Shown here piece by piece: positions 29,622 through 39,562 of a DNA stretch of 64,000 nt. Within the stretch, counting starts at the first letter, position 1. Every line of letters starts with the position of its first letter. The position numbers and the translations under genes were made by a program. Source of the DNA: an uncultured Chloroflexia bacterium (GTDB lineage Bacteria > Chloroflexota > Limnocylindria > Limnocylindrales > CSP1-4); the NCBI GenBank assembly GCA_963746845.1, contig CAVVCZ010000006.1, positions 160,001-224,000 on the forward strand, in the 5' to 3' direction. The notes under the pieces were generated by a model that was not told the DNA's origin, made no database searches, and was given only the letters and a program-made list of their open reading frames with translations.

Positions 29622-31022
29622 CTACGCGACGACGCGGTCGCGACCCCGTCGCTTCGCGAGATACAGCGCTCGGTCGGCCTGGTCGACGACCGACTCGATC
29701 GATTCGTCGCCGTCGCGGGCGACCGCGGCCCCGACCGACACGCTGACGCTTCGTACCCCGACGTCGTCGAGGTCGAGCGCGCCGACCGCGGCACGGACGC
29801 GCTCGCCCACGTCGAACGCGACGTCGAGCGTCGGGTTGCGGAGGAGCACGGCGAACTCCTCGCCGCCATACCGCGCGGGCACGTCGTCCTCGCGGACCGC
29901 GCCCGCGATCGCCCCGGCCACGGCGCGCAACACCTCGTCGCCGACCTGGTGGCCGTGGGCGTCGTTGAGCGCCTTGAACTTGTCGATGTCGATCATCAGG
30001 ACGCCGACCGAGTCCTCGGCGCGGCGACGACGCGCGAGCAGGGCGCAGAACTCGTCGAAGTAGCGCCGGTTCGGGAGGCCGGTCAGCGCGTCGGTCGAGG
30101 CGCGTGCCTCGGCCTCGCGATGGGAGTAGGCGCGCGAGAGGGCGGCCGAGGCCTCGATCGCCGCGCCGACGAGGATCCGGTGCGCCGACCCGGGCCAGGA
30201 CCCGGCCGTCCGGCGCGAGATCAGGAGAGCGCCGATCTGTCCGGCATCCGTCGTGAGCGGGGCGACGAGCGTATGGCGAAGCCCGAAGACGCTTCGAGCG
30301 CGCTCGGCGATCCGCTCCGCGACCCGGGCCTCGGCGGCGTGTGAGCGGCGGCCGCCGGGGCGAGTCAGCTCCGGGAGCGGCGGAACGTCCGGTGCGCGGC
30401 GGCCGCTCCGGTGCGGCCCGGCCGACGCCGGAGGCGACGTGGCGATCGTGACGGGCCGGCCGGCGGCGAGCGGCAGGATGCCGGCCGGCAGGTCGGCGTC
30501 GGGCTCGATCGGGATCGCGACCGCGACCGGCCCGCGACCGGCGGCGCCCTCGGCCGCCGGGTCCTCGAGGTCGGAGATCGGGAAGAGCGTGGACGACGTG
30601 GAGCCACCGGTCCGGGCGTTCACGAGCGTCGCCTCGAGGACGCGGGCGTCGGGCCGGCGGCGGACGATGACGACGTGATCGGCCCCGGTCCCGGCGCCGA
30701 GCTCCTCCACGATCGCGCCGACGATGGCATCGGGGGAGATCGAGCGGGACAGGCCCTGGAGAATCCGCGCGAAGCTCTCGGCCTCGAACCGCCGGCTCTC
30801 CTCGAGCTCCTGGACGGCGAGGCGGTTGCGGACGGCCGCGAACCCGACGATGACGATCAGGACGGTGATCGCGAGGTCCAGCGGGCGCGCGCCACCGCCG
30901 AACAGGCGGATGACGGAGATCACCCCGAGCGTGAAGAAGGTTCCGGCGAAGACGAGCCAGGAGCGGCGGATCCCGGGATCCTCCGCAGTGGCCGACGGAC
31001 GACGCTCGGTCGGTGTTGTCAC
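29622..31022 (-). CDS. Membrane-bound GAF-GGDEF diguanylate cyclase
   Basis: Two N-terminal TMs; DALTGLPNRR; DIDKFKALND; RxxD I-site and GGEEF. Confidence 0.9.
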   Translation of the reverse strand: MTTPTERRPSATAEDPGIRRSWLVFAGTFFTLGVISVIRLFGGGARPLDLAITVLIVIVGFAAVRNRLAVQELEESRRFEAESFARILQGLSRSISPDAIVGAIVEELGAGTGADHVVIVRRRPDARVLEATLVNARTGGSTSSTLFPISDLEDPAAEGAAGRGPVAVAIPIEPDADLPAGILPLAAGRPVTIATSPPASAGPHRSGRRAPDVPPLPELTRPGGRRSHAAEARVAERIAERARSVFGLRHTLVAPLTTDAGQIGALLISRRTAGSWPGSAHRILVGAAIEASAALSRAYSHREAEARASTDALTGLPNRRYFDEFCALLARRRRAEDSVGVLMIDIDKFKALNDAHGHQVGDEVLRAVAGAIAGAVREDDVPARYGGEEFAVLLRNPTLDVAFDVGERVRAAVGALDLDDVGVRSVSVSVGAAVARDGDESIESVVDQADRALYLAKRRGRDRVVA

Positions 31023-31142
31023 GTTCGGAGGAGAGCATGCCGGTCCGGAGGGGATCAATGCAAGCGACGCGGGTAGTACCTCCGGCGGGCGGGTCCTGGT
31101 ACTTCCGTTCGAACCTGCGGCGGGGCGGGTCGCGTGACCGGG

Positions 31143-32765
31143 TCAGGCGGAGCGGTCCTCCACCCGGCGGCCGCGCTTCATCCGGTACAGCCCGGCGTCG
31201 GCGACCGCGATCAGCTCGGCCGCGGTCCGGCCGTCGGACGGGAACGTCGCGACCCCGACCGAGACGCCGATCGGCACGTTCAGCCGCCCGTCGTGGCAGA
31301 ACGTCGAGCTCGAGAACGCGTCGACCAGACGCTCGGCGGTGCGGGTCGCCTCGTCCTGGTCGGCGTCCGGCAGGAGGATCGCGAACTCGTCGCCGCCGTA
31401 GCGGGCCGGGATGTCCGAGACGCGGATCGTCCGGCGGATCACGTCGGCGGTCCACCGGAGGACCTCGTCGCCGAGGAGGTGGCCGAACGTGTCGTTGACG
31501 AGCTTGAAGTCGTCCAGATCCAGCATCAGCAGGCCGAGCGGCTTGTGGACGCGCCGCGCCCGGACGGCCTCCTGGCCGAACCGCTCGTGGAGCGAGCGGT
31601 GGTTGAAGAACCCGGTGAGCGGGTCGCGGTCGGCCAGCGCCTTCGCCTCCCCGTAGAGGCGGGCGTTCTCGAGGGCGATCGAGGCCTCGTTGGCGATCGT
31701 CCGGGCGAGGCTGAGCCGCTCCTCGTCCGGCTCGATCACCCCGTCCGAGATCAGCTCGACGAGCCCGATGGTCTCGCCCGAGGCGACGAGCGGCAGCATG
31801 ACGAGGGACCGATGGCCGCCGGCGAGCAGCAGGCGCGCCTCCGCCGGGTCGGCGTCCGGCGCCGTTGCGTCGACGCTCTCGGTCCCCTGGTCGACGAGGA
31901 CGCGGCGGGTCTGCGGAAACGCAGACACCTGGTAGTCCGGCTCGAGCTCGTCGGCCTCGACCGCGGGGAACGAGCCGAGGCTCGTGAGCCGGTCGTTCGG
32001 CCGGTCCCACCACGAGATCCCGCACTCCTCGACCTCCATGACGGTCGCGAGGTGGCGAGCGAGGACATTCGCGACCTGGTGCGAGTCCAGGCTGCCGGCG
32101 AGGTCCGCGCTGACGTCGAGGAGCAGCCGCAGCTCGCCGGCGAGGGCACTGCTGCGGGCGAGGTTGCGGGCCGACTCGAGCGCGGTCGCCGCCTGGTCGG
32201 CGAGGATCGACAGCAGGCGGAGGTCGTGGGCGTCGAACTGGTGGAGGCCGAGCTTCGAGAGCGTGATCACCCCGACGACCGCGTCGTCGTAGCGCATCGG
32301 GACGACGAGCATCGATTCGTCGACGTCGTCGGTGCCCGGGATCGACGCGCCACGCGGATCGAGGTTCGCGTCGTGAACCAGCAGCGGCTCGCCGTGCAGC
32401 CCGACCCAGCCGGTGAAGCCGACGCCGAGCGTGGTCCGGAGCAGGTCGAGGTCCACCTCCGCGTAGGCACCGACGCGGCCCTCGAACGCGATCGGGACGA
32501 GGTCGCCGCCCTCGAGGACGTACACCCGGGCGTTGTGGTAATCGATGATTCGGCCGGTCTCCTCGACGACGGCGCGGCCGACCGCCTCGCGGCCGTCGGC
32601 GCGGCTCATCCGGGCCGAGGCGAGCTGGAGGACCTCGAGCTGGCGACCGAACAGCTCGGCGTTGGCGGCGGGGCGGGGCGAGCGGCTGGCCCGTTCGACC
32701 GTGGGCGTCGATGGGTGGGCGGGCGCGCGCGAACGCCGATGGCGGATGGGCGGATGCGCGCTCAT
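31143..32765 (-). CDS. GAF-GAF-GGDEF diguanylate cyclase
   Basis: Two GAF domains; DPLTGFFN; DLDDFKLVND; RVSD and GGDEF. Confidence 0.9.
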   Translation of the reverse strand: MSAHPPIRHRRSRAPAHPSTPTVERASRSPRPAANAELFGRQLEVLQLASARMSRADGREAVGRAVVEETGRIIDYHNARVYVLEGGDLVPIAFEGRVGAYAEVDLDLLRTTLGVGFTGWVGLHGEPLLVHDANLDPRGASIPGTDDVDESMLVVPMRYDDAVVGVITLSKLGLHQFDAHDLRLLSILADQAATALESARNLARSSALAGELRLLLDVSADLAGSLDSHQVANVLARHLATVMEVEECGISWWDRPNDRLTSLGSFPAVEADELEPDYQVSAFPQTRRVLVDQGTESVDATAPDADPAEARLLLAGGHRSLVMLPLVASGETIGLVELISDGVIEPDEERLSLARTIANEASIALENARLYGEAKALADRDPLTGFFNHRSLHERFGQEAVRARRVHKPLGLLMLDLDDFKLVNDTFGHLLGDEVLRWTADVIRRTIRVSDIPARYGGDEFAILLPDADQDEATRTAERLVDAFSSSTFCHDGRLNVPIGVSVGVATFPSDGRTAAELIAVADAGLYRMKRGRRVEDRSA

Positions 32766-32880
32766 GACCGGACGGTCCCACGTCCGCGGCGTCGCTCCTG
32801 CCGACCCGTGGTACCGACCCGCTCGGTCGAACGTACCGACGCCCCGTCGGTGGAGGACGGTCGGGGGCGGAACGGCCGGG

Positions 32881-34344
32881 TCAGGTGCCCGCGGGGACTC
32901 CCTCGTCACGCGCGGCCCGCGCCGGCGGCGTGCGTTGGGGATGCTCGCCGCGGACGACGGGATGACCCTGGGCCCGCCAGGCGGGCACGCCCGAGGCGAC
33001 CCACGACACGTCCTCGAACCCGGACGAGCGGAGGATCGAGGCGGCAACGCCGGCCCGGAGACCGGCCGCGCAGATCGTCACGATCGGATGGTCGCGCGGC
33101 AGCTCGTCGAGCCGGTCCGGCAGCGAGCCCGCCGTGATGTGGATGCTGCCGGGCACGTGGTAGGCCTCGTACTCGTTCGCCTGGCGGACGTCGATGACGA
33201 GCGGTGCGTCACCCGGCTCGGAGCGCTCCAGGCGGGCGGCGAGCTCGTCCACGTTCAACCGACCGGTGGATTCGAGCGGGCCGCCGCCCTCCGCCCAGGT
33301 GCCGAAGCCGCCGCGGAGATGCCCGACGATCGCCCCTTCGGCACCGATCCGGAGCGCCTGGCGGATCGCCTCGTCCCAGTCCTCGGGGCGCTGGAGGACG
33401 AGGACGAGCGGCCACGCCGGATCGACGACCCAGCCGAGCCACGTCCCGAACGACGGGCCGAGCGGCACCGACTGCGATCCGACCGCGTGGGCGACGGCGT
33501 GGTCGGCCGGCGGCCGGAGGTCGAGGAGCAGGGCCCCGGCCGCGAGCTCGCGCCGCGTCTCCTCCAGGCTGAGCGGCCGCGCCTCCGGGATCCGCCCGCC
33601 GAGGAGCGACGGGCCGGCCTGGTTCGTCGGGCGCATCCGGGCGAAGTAGCGCGGGACGGCGGGCTGGCCGCGCAGCAGCCGCTTCGCGAACGTCTCCACG
33701 TCCTCGATCCGGACGAGCGCGTTGTGGCGTCGCTCGTAGCCGATCGTCGTCGTCGGGGTGGACGCGATGCCGGTCGCGCAGAGCGAGCCTGCGCCGTGGG
33801 TCGGATGGACGACCACATGGTCGTCGTGGCGCATGACGACGTCGCGCAGGCTCGCGTGCATCGAGACGGCGTAGTCGTGCGCGTGCTCCTGGCCGAGGAG
33901 GTCCGTCCGTCCGACCGCGCCGACGAGCAGCGAGCCGCCACTGAACAACAGCGCGGGGTCCTCGCCGCGGCCGATGTCCGCGACCGAGTAAGCGACGTGC
34001 TCTGGCGTGTGACCGGGCGTGTCCCGCGTCGTGAAGCGCAGCGCGCCGACGTCGAACGTCTCGCCGTCGCGCGACGGAGCGTGCTCGTGGCGGAGCTCCG
34101 CGCCGGCGCCGATGACGTGCCGCGCCCCGGTCAGGGCCGCGAGGTCGCGCCCGCCCGAGACGTAGTCGTTGTGCAGGTGGGTCTCGACGACATGCGTGAT
34201 CCGGACGTCGAGCTCACGCGCTGCCGCGAGGTAGATGTCCACGTCCCGCCGAGGGTCGACGACCGCGGCAACCCCGGCGACGTCGTCCGCGACCAGGGTC
34301 GACAGATGGCCGAGCCCCTCGATCCGAAACTGGCGGATCTGCAT
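32881..34344 (-). CDS. MBL-fold persulfide dioxygenase-like - rhodanese fusion
   Basis: THLHNDYVSG, TPGHTPEH, GRTDL, HGAGSLC; two rhodanese domains, the last with CAAGLR. Confidence 0.88.
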   Translation of the reverse strand: MQIRQFRIEGLGHLSTLVADDVAGVAAVVDPRRDVDIYLAAARELDVRITHVVETHLHNDYVSGGRDLAALTGARHVIGAGAELRHEHAPSRDGETFDVGALRFTTRDTPGHTPEHVAYSVADIGRGEDPALLFSGGSLLVGAVGRTDLLGQEHAHDYAVSMHASLRDVVMRHDDHVVVHPTHGAGSLCATGIASTPTTTIGYERRHNALVRIEDVETFAKRLLRGQPAVPRYFARMRPTNQAGPSLLGGRIPEARPLSLEETRRELAAGALLLDLRPPADHAVAHAVGSQSVPLGPSFGTWLGWVVDPAWPLVLVLQRPEDWDEAIRQALRIGAEGAIVGHLRGGFGTWAEGGGPLESTGRLNVDELAARLERSEPGDAPLVIDVRQANEYEAYHVPGSIHITAGSLPDRLDELPRDHPIVTICAAGLRAGVAASILRSSGFEDVSWVASGVPAWRAQGHPVVRGEHPQRTPPARAARDEGVPAGT

Positions 34345-34347
34345 GGG

Positions 34348-35097
34348 CTACATCATCACGAGGCCGCCGTCGACGGCCAGCACCTGACCCGTGATGAACG
34401 CCGCTTCGTCGCTCGCGAGGAACGCGACGGCCGAGGCGATCTCCTCGGTCGTCCCGAACCGGCCGAGCGGCGTTCGCGACGTGATCTCGGCCTGGAGCGC
34501 CTCGGGCAGGTCCGCCGTGAGCTCGGTCAGGACGAAGCCGGGCGCGACGGCGTTGCAGGTGATCGAGCGCGAGGCCAGCTCCCGAGCCGTCGCCTTCGTG
34601 AGCCCGATCAGACCGGCCTTGGCCGATGAGTAGTTCGCCTGGCCCATCTGGCCGGCCTGGCCGCTGACGGAGGTGATGTTCACGATCCGGCCGCTCCGCG
34701 CCTTGAGCATCGGCCGCGTCACGGCCTTCGTCATGTAGAACGCGCCGAACAGGTTTGTTTCGAGGACCTCGCGGAACGCCTCGACCGACATCCGCATGAT
34801 CAGGTCGTCGCGGGTGATCCCGGCGTTGTTCACGAGGATGTCGACCTTGCCGAACGTGTCGACGACCTGCTTCACGACCCCCTCGGCCGCATCGGGATCC
34901 GTCGCGTTCGCCTGGATCGCCAGCGCCTGCCGGCCGAGCGCCGTGAGCTCGGCGGTACACGACGCGGCCGCTTCCTCGTTCCCGCGGTAGGTGAACGCAA
35001 CATCGGCGCCCTGGGTCGCGAGTCTGTTGGCGATCGCCCGGCCGATGCCTCGAGAGCCACCGGTGACGAGCGCGGTCTTTCCCGTCAGGTCGATCAC
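34348..35097 (-). CDS. fabG: 3-oxoacyl-ACP reductase
   Basis: TGGSRGIG, NNAGITRD, YSSAK; fab operon context. Confidence 0.95.
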   Translation of the reverse strand: MIDLTGKTALVTGGSRGIGRAIANRLATQGADVAFTYRGNEEAAASCTAELTALGRQALAIQANATDPDAAEGVVKQVVDTFGKVDILVNNAGITRDDLIMRMSVEAFREVLETNLFGAFYMTKAVTRPMLKARSGRIVNITSVSGQAGQMGQANYSSAKAGLIGLTKATARELASRSITCNAVAPGFVLTELTADLPEALQAEITSRTPLGRFGTTEEIASAVAFLASDEAAFITGQVLAVDGGLVMM

Positions 35098-36308
35098 GCG
35101 TGCACCTCTGTGGACGGGTGGGCCCGCTCCGGCTCGCCGGGCGCGACGTCGTCCAGCGGGACATCCAGCGATCCTGGCTGCCGCATCACCGCGGCGAGGG
35201 CGTCCGGGATCGGGTCGACGGAGTCCCAGTCGACCGGGAGCCGCACGGACACGTCCTCCGGCCGGACCGCCTCGTCCGCCGTGCGGCCGCGCGCCGGGTC
35301 CGCGGTCCACTTGATCGTCACCGCGCCGCTCGTGAAACCGGCTCCGAACGCCACGATCGTCACGTTGTCACCGACCTTCACGCAGCCCTCGTTGACCGCC
35401 TCGGCGAGGGCGATCGGCACGGACGCGGCCGACGTGTTCCCGTACCGATCGAGGTTGATGAACATCTTGTCCATCGGCAGGTCGAGGCCCTTCGCGACCG
35501 CCTCGATGATCCGGATGTTCGCCTGGTGGGGGATGAACAGGTCGACGTCCGCCGGCTCCAGCCCGGATCGGCGGATCGACTCGAGCGCGGTCGTCGCCAT
35601 CGTCTTCGTGGCGAACCGGTAGGTCTGGTTGCCCTCCATCCGGACGTAGTGCTCGCCCCGCCGGATCGTCTCCGCGGACGGCGGCGCCTTCGACCCGCCG
35701 GCCGGCAGCCAGATCATGTAGGCGCCCTGCGGCTCGGTCGTCATCTCGATCCCGAGCGCGCCGCCCGGCTCGTCGCTCGCGCTCAGCACCACCGCGCCGG
35801 CCCCGTCGCCGAACAGGATGCAGGTGCTCCGGTCCGTGTAATCGAGGAACCGGGTGAGGAGCTCCGAGCCGATGACGAGGACGTGCTTCGCAAGGCCCGC
35901 CTGGATGTACGCCTGGGCGGTCGCGAAGCCGTAGACGAAGCCGGAGCAGGCGGCCATGACGTCGAACGCGGTCGCGCGGGTGTTGCCGATCGCCTCCTTG
36001 ACGAGCGCCGCGGTCGACGGCATCCAGTAGTCCGGCGTCAGGGTGGCGAGGAGGATCAGGTCGATGTCGTCCGGCTGGATCCCGGCGGTGTGGATCGCCC
36101 GCAGCCCGGCGACCGCGCCCATCGACGCCGTCGTCTCGTTCGCGGCGGCGACCCGGCGCTCGCGAATCCCGGTCCGCGTCCGGATCCACTCGTCGGAGGT
36201 GTCGACCATCTTCTCCAGGTCGGCGTTCGTCAGGACCTGGGCGGGGGCGTAGCGGCCCCAGCCGGTCACGTGGGCGCGTCGGGTGGCGGGAGCCGTGGCG
36301 TCGTTCAC
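35094..36308 (-). CDS. fabH: 3-oxoacyl-ACP synthase III
   Basis: AACSGF, FGDGAGA, PHQAN, GNTSAAS, FGAG. Confidence 0.95.
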   Translation of the reverse strand: MNDATAPATRRAHVTGWGRYAPAQVLTNADLEKMVDTSDEWIRTRTGIRERRVAAANETTASMGAVAGLRAIHTAGIQPDDIDLILLATLTPDYWMPSTAALVKEAIGNTRATAFDVMAACSGFVYGFATAQAYIQAGLAKHVLVIGSELLTRFLDYTDRSTCILFGDGAGAVVLSASDEPGGALGIEMTTEPQGAYMIWLPAGGSKAPPSAETIRRGEHYVRMEGNQTYRFATKTMATTALESIRRSGLEPADVDLFIPHQANIRIIEAVAKGLDLPMDKMFINLDRYGNTSAASVPIALAEAVNEGCVKVGDNVTIVAFGAGFTSGAVTIKWTADPARGRTADEAVRPEDVSVRLPVDWDSVDPIPDALAAVMRQPGSLDVPLDDVAPGEPERAHPSTEVHA

Positions 36309-36928
36309 AGGGGTTCCACCTCGATCAGCGGCTGCTTCGCCTTGACCAGGGCACCGTTCTCCGGCACGACCTTGACGACCCTCCCCGCGAGGTCGGACTT
36401 GATCTCGTTGAACAGCTTCATCGCCTCGATCAGGCCGATGACCTGGCCGACGGCGACCTCGCGGCCGACGGCGACGAACGCTGCGGAGCCCGGCGCCGGC
36501 GAGCCGTACCAGACGCCGGTCAGCGGCGCCTTCACGGACGGGCGGCTCGGAGGCTCGGTCGGGGCGGCTGACGACGACCCGTCGTCGGGCGCGGGGGCCG
36601 GTGACGTGCCTGCGGCTGGTGCCGCGCCCGCGCCCGTCGCGGCGGCCGGAGCCGCGGCGACCGCGACCGCCTTGCGCAGGACGAGCCGCGTGCCGCCGGC
36701 CTCGACGGCGAGCTCCGAGAGGTCGCTCCGGTCGAGGAGCGCCCCGAGCCGGTCGACGAGCGCCAGCAGGGAGGCGTCACCCGGATCCTGGGGCACGACG
36801 GCGACGTCCGCATCGGGCTCCGGCGGATCCGGCGGATCGGCGTCCGGGAGCGAGTCCGCGAGCGTATCCGCGCCGCCGGCCGCGAGGGCCTCCGGCTCGC
36901 CCGTCATGCCGTCCGTCAGTCCGTCCAT
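36305..36928 (-). CDS. accB: Biotin carboxyl carrier protein (biotinylatable)
   Basis: APLTGVWY..P.P; IEAMKLFNEI with intact biotinyl Lys; start could be 36907. Confidence 0.92.
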   Translation of the reverse strand: MDGLTDGMTGEPEALAAGGADTLADSLPDADPPDPPEPDADVAVVPQDPGDASLLALVDRLGALLDRSDLSELAVEAGGTRLVLRKAVAVAAAPAAATGAGAAPAAGTSPAPAPDDGSSSAAPTEPPSRPSVKAPLTGVWYGSPAPGSAAFVAVGREVAVGQVIGLIEAMKLFNEIKSDLAGRVVKVVPENGALVKAKQPLIEVEPL

Positions 36929-38199
36929 CGGCGGAAGATCAGCGCGGTGTTCTGGCCGCCGAACCCGAACGAGTTCGACAGGGCGATCGGGATGTCGTGA
37001 CGGCTCGCCACGTTCGGGGTCAGGTCCAGCCCCTCTCCCTCGGGGTCGACGTCGTGGAGGTTGACCGTCGGCGGGACGCAGCCCTCGCGCATCGTCTGGA
37101 TCGTGATGATCGCCTCGATCGCTCCTGCCGCGCCGAGCGTGTGCCCGATCATCGACTTGTTCGCGGTGATCGAGATCTCGCGCGCGTGCTCGCCGAAGAT
37201 CGTCTTGATCGCCTGCAGCTCGGCCTTGTCGCCCTCGGGCGTCGACGTCGCGTGGGCGTTGACGTGGGCGATGTCTCCCGGCTCGAGGCCGGCCTTCTCG
37301 AGCGCCCGCCGGGCCGCCCGGACCGCGCCGATCCCGCCGGGTGCCGGCAGCGTGATGTGCGACGCGTCCGCCGTCGCGCCGTAGCCGACGACCTCGGCCA
37401 GGATCTCGACGCCGCGGGCGCGGGCGTGGTCGAGCTCCTCGAGGATGAGGACGCCGCAGCCCTCACCGGGGACGAAGCCGTCGCGACCCTGGTCGAACGG
37501 CCGCGAGGCCCCCTCCGGGTCGTCGTTCCGGCGGGACAGCGCCCGCATGGAATCGAAGCCGCCCATCAGCGGCTCGAAGACGCCGGCCTCCGAGCCGCCG
37601 GCCAGCATCGTGTCGGCGTCGTTGCGGCGGATCGTCTCGAACGCCTCGCCGATCGCGTGGCCGCCGGTGGCGCACGCGGAGACAGTCGTGAAGTTCGGCC
37701 CGGTCATCCCGTAGTTGATCGCGATCTGCCCGGCCCCGATGTTCGGGATCCCCATCGGGATCAGGAACGGGCTGATCCGATCCGGCCCCCGCAGGGCGTT
37801 CGTCGTGATCCCCTCGACGAGCGTCCCGACCCCGCCGAGACCCGTCCCGAGGATCACCCCGGTCCGTTCGGCCTCGTCGCCCTCCATCCGCTCCGGCAGC
37901 GCGGCCTGGTCCATCGCCTGTCGCGCGGCGACGAGCCCGAACTGGATGTAGCGGTCGGTCCGCCGGATGTCCTTCCGGTCCATGACGCCCGACGCATCGA
38001 AGTCCTTGACCTCGCCGACGACCTGGGCCTTGAGGCGCGACGGGTCGAAGGCTGCGACCCGGGCGATCCCCGAGCGGCCGGCCACCATCCCCTGCCACGT
38101 GGACGCGACATCGTTGCCGAGCGCGGTGAGCATCCCGGTGCCGGTCACGACGACCCGGCGAGGGGTCGCCGGCCAGGCGCCGTTCGAGCGCGCGGTCAC
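36916..38199 (-). CDS. fabF: 3-oxoacyl-ACP synthase II
   Basis: RRVVVTG, SACATG, NAHATST, KSMIGHTLGAAG, NSFGFGG. Confidence 0.95.
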   Translation of the reverse strand: MTARSNGAWPATPRRVVVTGTGMLTALGNDVASTWQGMVAGRSGIARVAAFDPSRLKAQVVGEVKDFDASGVMDRKDIRRTDRYIQFGLVAARQAMDQAALPERMEGDEAERTGVILGTGLGGVGTLVEGITTNALRGPDRISPFLIPMGIPNIGAGQIAINYGMTGPNFTTVSACATGGHAIGEAFETIRRNDADTMLAGGSEAGVFEPLMGGFDSMRALSRRNDDPEGASRPFDQGRDGFVPGEGCGVLILEELDHARARGVEILAEVVGYGATADASHITLPAPGGIGAVRAARRALEKAGLEPGDIAHVNAHATSTPEGDKAELQAIKTIFGEHAREISITANKSMIGHTLGAAGAIEAIITIQTMREGCVPPTVNLHDVDPEGEGLDLTPNVASRHDIPIALSNSFGFGGQNTALIFRRWTD

Positions 38200-38942
38200 C
38201 GGACGAGCTTCCCGGTGCGGACGGTGGCCGCGCGGTACACGTCGCCGGCCAGCCCGCGGGCCGAGATCGCGTTCGAGACGGCCATCGTGTCGAATTCGGC
38301 GCGCCGGATCTCGGCGGTCACCTCGCGCCCGTCGATCTCGACCAGCGCCCATGAGGCGGTCGGGTCGCCGTCGAAGACGAGCCCGGCAGACCCGTCGTTG
38401 ACGATCAGCTTCCAGCCGAGGTCGCGGATCTCCGGGAGATGGGTGTGGCCGCAGCAGATCACCCGGGCGTCCGTCCGCGAGACGCGCTCGAGGACGACCG
38501 ACGGGTCGAGCTGGGTGTCGAACCCCTGGGTCTGCGAGCCGGGCGAGGCGTGACAGGCCAGGACCATCGTGTCGTCGAGGACCAGGCGGCGCTCGGACGG
38601 CAGGCGGCGCAGCCAGCCGATCCGCTCGTCACCGAGCGTGTCGTGGGCCCACTCGGCGGCCTCGCGGAAGGCATCCGGGACGCCGTCGGTCATCCACGGG
38701 AAGGCAGCCGAATAGTCGAAGTCGGCGACCGCCACGTCCGTGTTGCCCTGGACGATCGTCGCACCGGTCGCCTCCATCTCCCGGAGAGCGTCGACGACGC
38801 CCGCCGGATCCGGGCCCTGGAAGACGTGATCGCCGGCGATGACGACCGCGTCGGGTCGTTCCTTCTTCAGCGCGGCCCGGACGGCGGTCAGCGCCTCGAG
38901 GTTGCCGTGGACGTCCGAGAGGACCGCCAGGCGCGCGGTCAT
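38196..38942 (-). CDS. Calcineurin-like metallophosphoesterase
   Basis: SDVHGN, GD, GNTD, HASP, GHTH, NDGSAG; overlaps both fabZ and fabF. Confidence 0.88.
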   Translation of the reverse strand: MTARLAVLSDVHGNLEALTAVRAALKKERPDAVVIAGDHVFQGPDPAGVVDALREMEATGATIVQGNTDVAVADFDYSAAFPWMTDGVPDAFREAAEWAHDTLGDERIGWLRRLPSERRLVLDDTMVLACHASPGSQTQGFDTQLDPSVVLERVSRTDARVICCGHTHLPEIRDLGWKLIVNDGSAGLVFDGDPTASWALVEIDGREVTAEIRRAEFDTMAVSNAISARGLAGDVYRAATVRTGKLVR

Positions 38943-39457
38943 CGCAGCGCGCCTTCCGGCGGGATGATGAAGCTGAGCGTCGCCTCGCAGGCCGTCTCGC
39001 CGTCGACGCTCGCGACCGCCCGGCCCTTGCCGAACCGCGAGCCGAGCTTGTCCATCGTGACCTCGAGCCGGAGCACGTCGCCCGGCACGACGATCCGCTT
39101 GAAGCGGCACTCCTCGATCGCCGCGAACAGCCCGATCCGCGTCCCGAACCCCGGCTGCTGCGCGACGTAGACCGCCATCGTCTGGGCCAGCGCCTCGACC
39201 TGGAGGACGCCCGGCATCACCGGCATCCCTGGGAAGTGGCCCTGGAAGAACCACTCGGTCGCCGACACGCCCTTGATCCCGACGATCCGCTTCGCGTCCG
39301 GGTCGTACTCGACGATCCGGTCGACCATCAGGAACGGCCAGCGATGCGGGATGAGCGCCTGGATCTGGCTCGTCGTGAGGATGGTCCCGGGTGGGCCGGG
39401 CAGGCCGTCGGGCGGCGCGGACGAGGCGTCCGCGGGCGGCGTGGCGGTGTCGGTCAC
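38939..39457 (-). CDS. fabZ: 3-hydroxyacyl-ACP dehydratase
   Basis: IPHRWPFLMVD; FFQGHFPG.PVMPGVL.VEALAQ. Confidence 0.95.
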   Translation of the reverse strand: MTDTATPPADASSAPPDGLPGPPGTILTTSQIQALIPHRWPFLMVDRIVEYDPDAKRIVGIKGVSATEWFFQGHFPGMPVMPGVLQVEALAQTMAVYVAQQPGFGTRIGLFAAIEECRFKRIVVPGDVLRLEVTMDKLGSRFGKGRAVASVDGETACEATLSFIIPPEGALR

Positions 39458-39562
39458 AAGTCTCTCCGTGCGATGTGGGTCAGTCTCGCCGCCCCGGGGC
39501 CCGTCGTGCGCGCCGTCGTGTGCAGGGACGCACGAGCGCGAGGCCGGCCTCGGGTCGGTGGG

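Noticed and set aside
27664-32781. 1705-aa ORF suggesting a giant PolX fusion
   Set aside because: Only the last ~632 aa are PolX-PHP; the upstream part is an off-frame read through two GGDEF genes, and polX has its own -10 element
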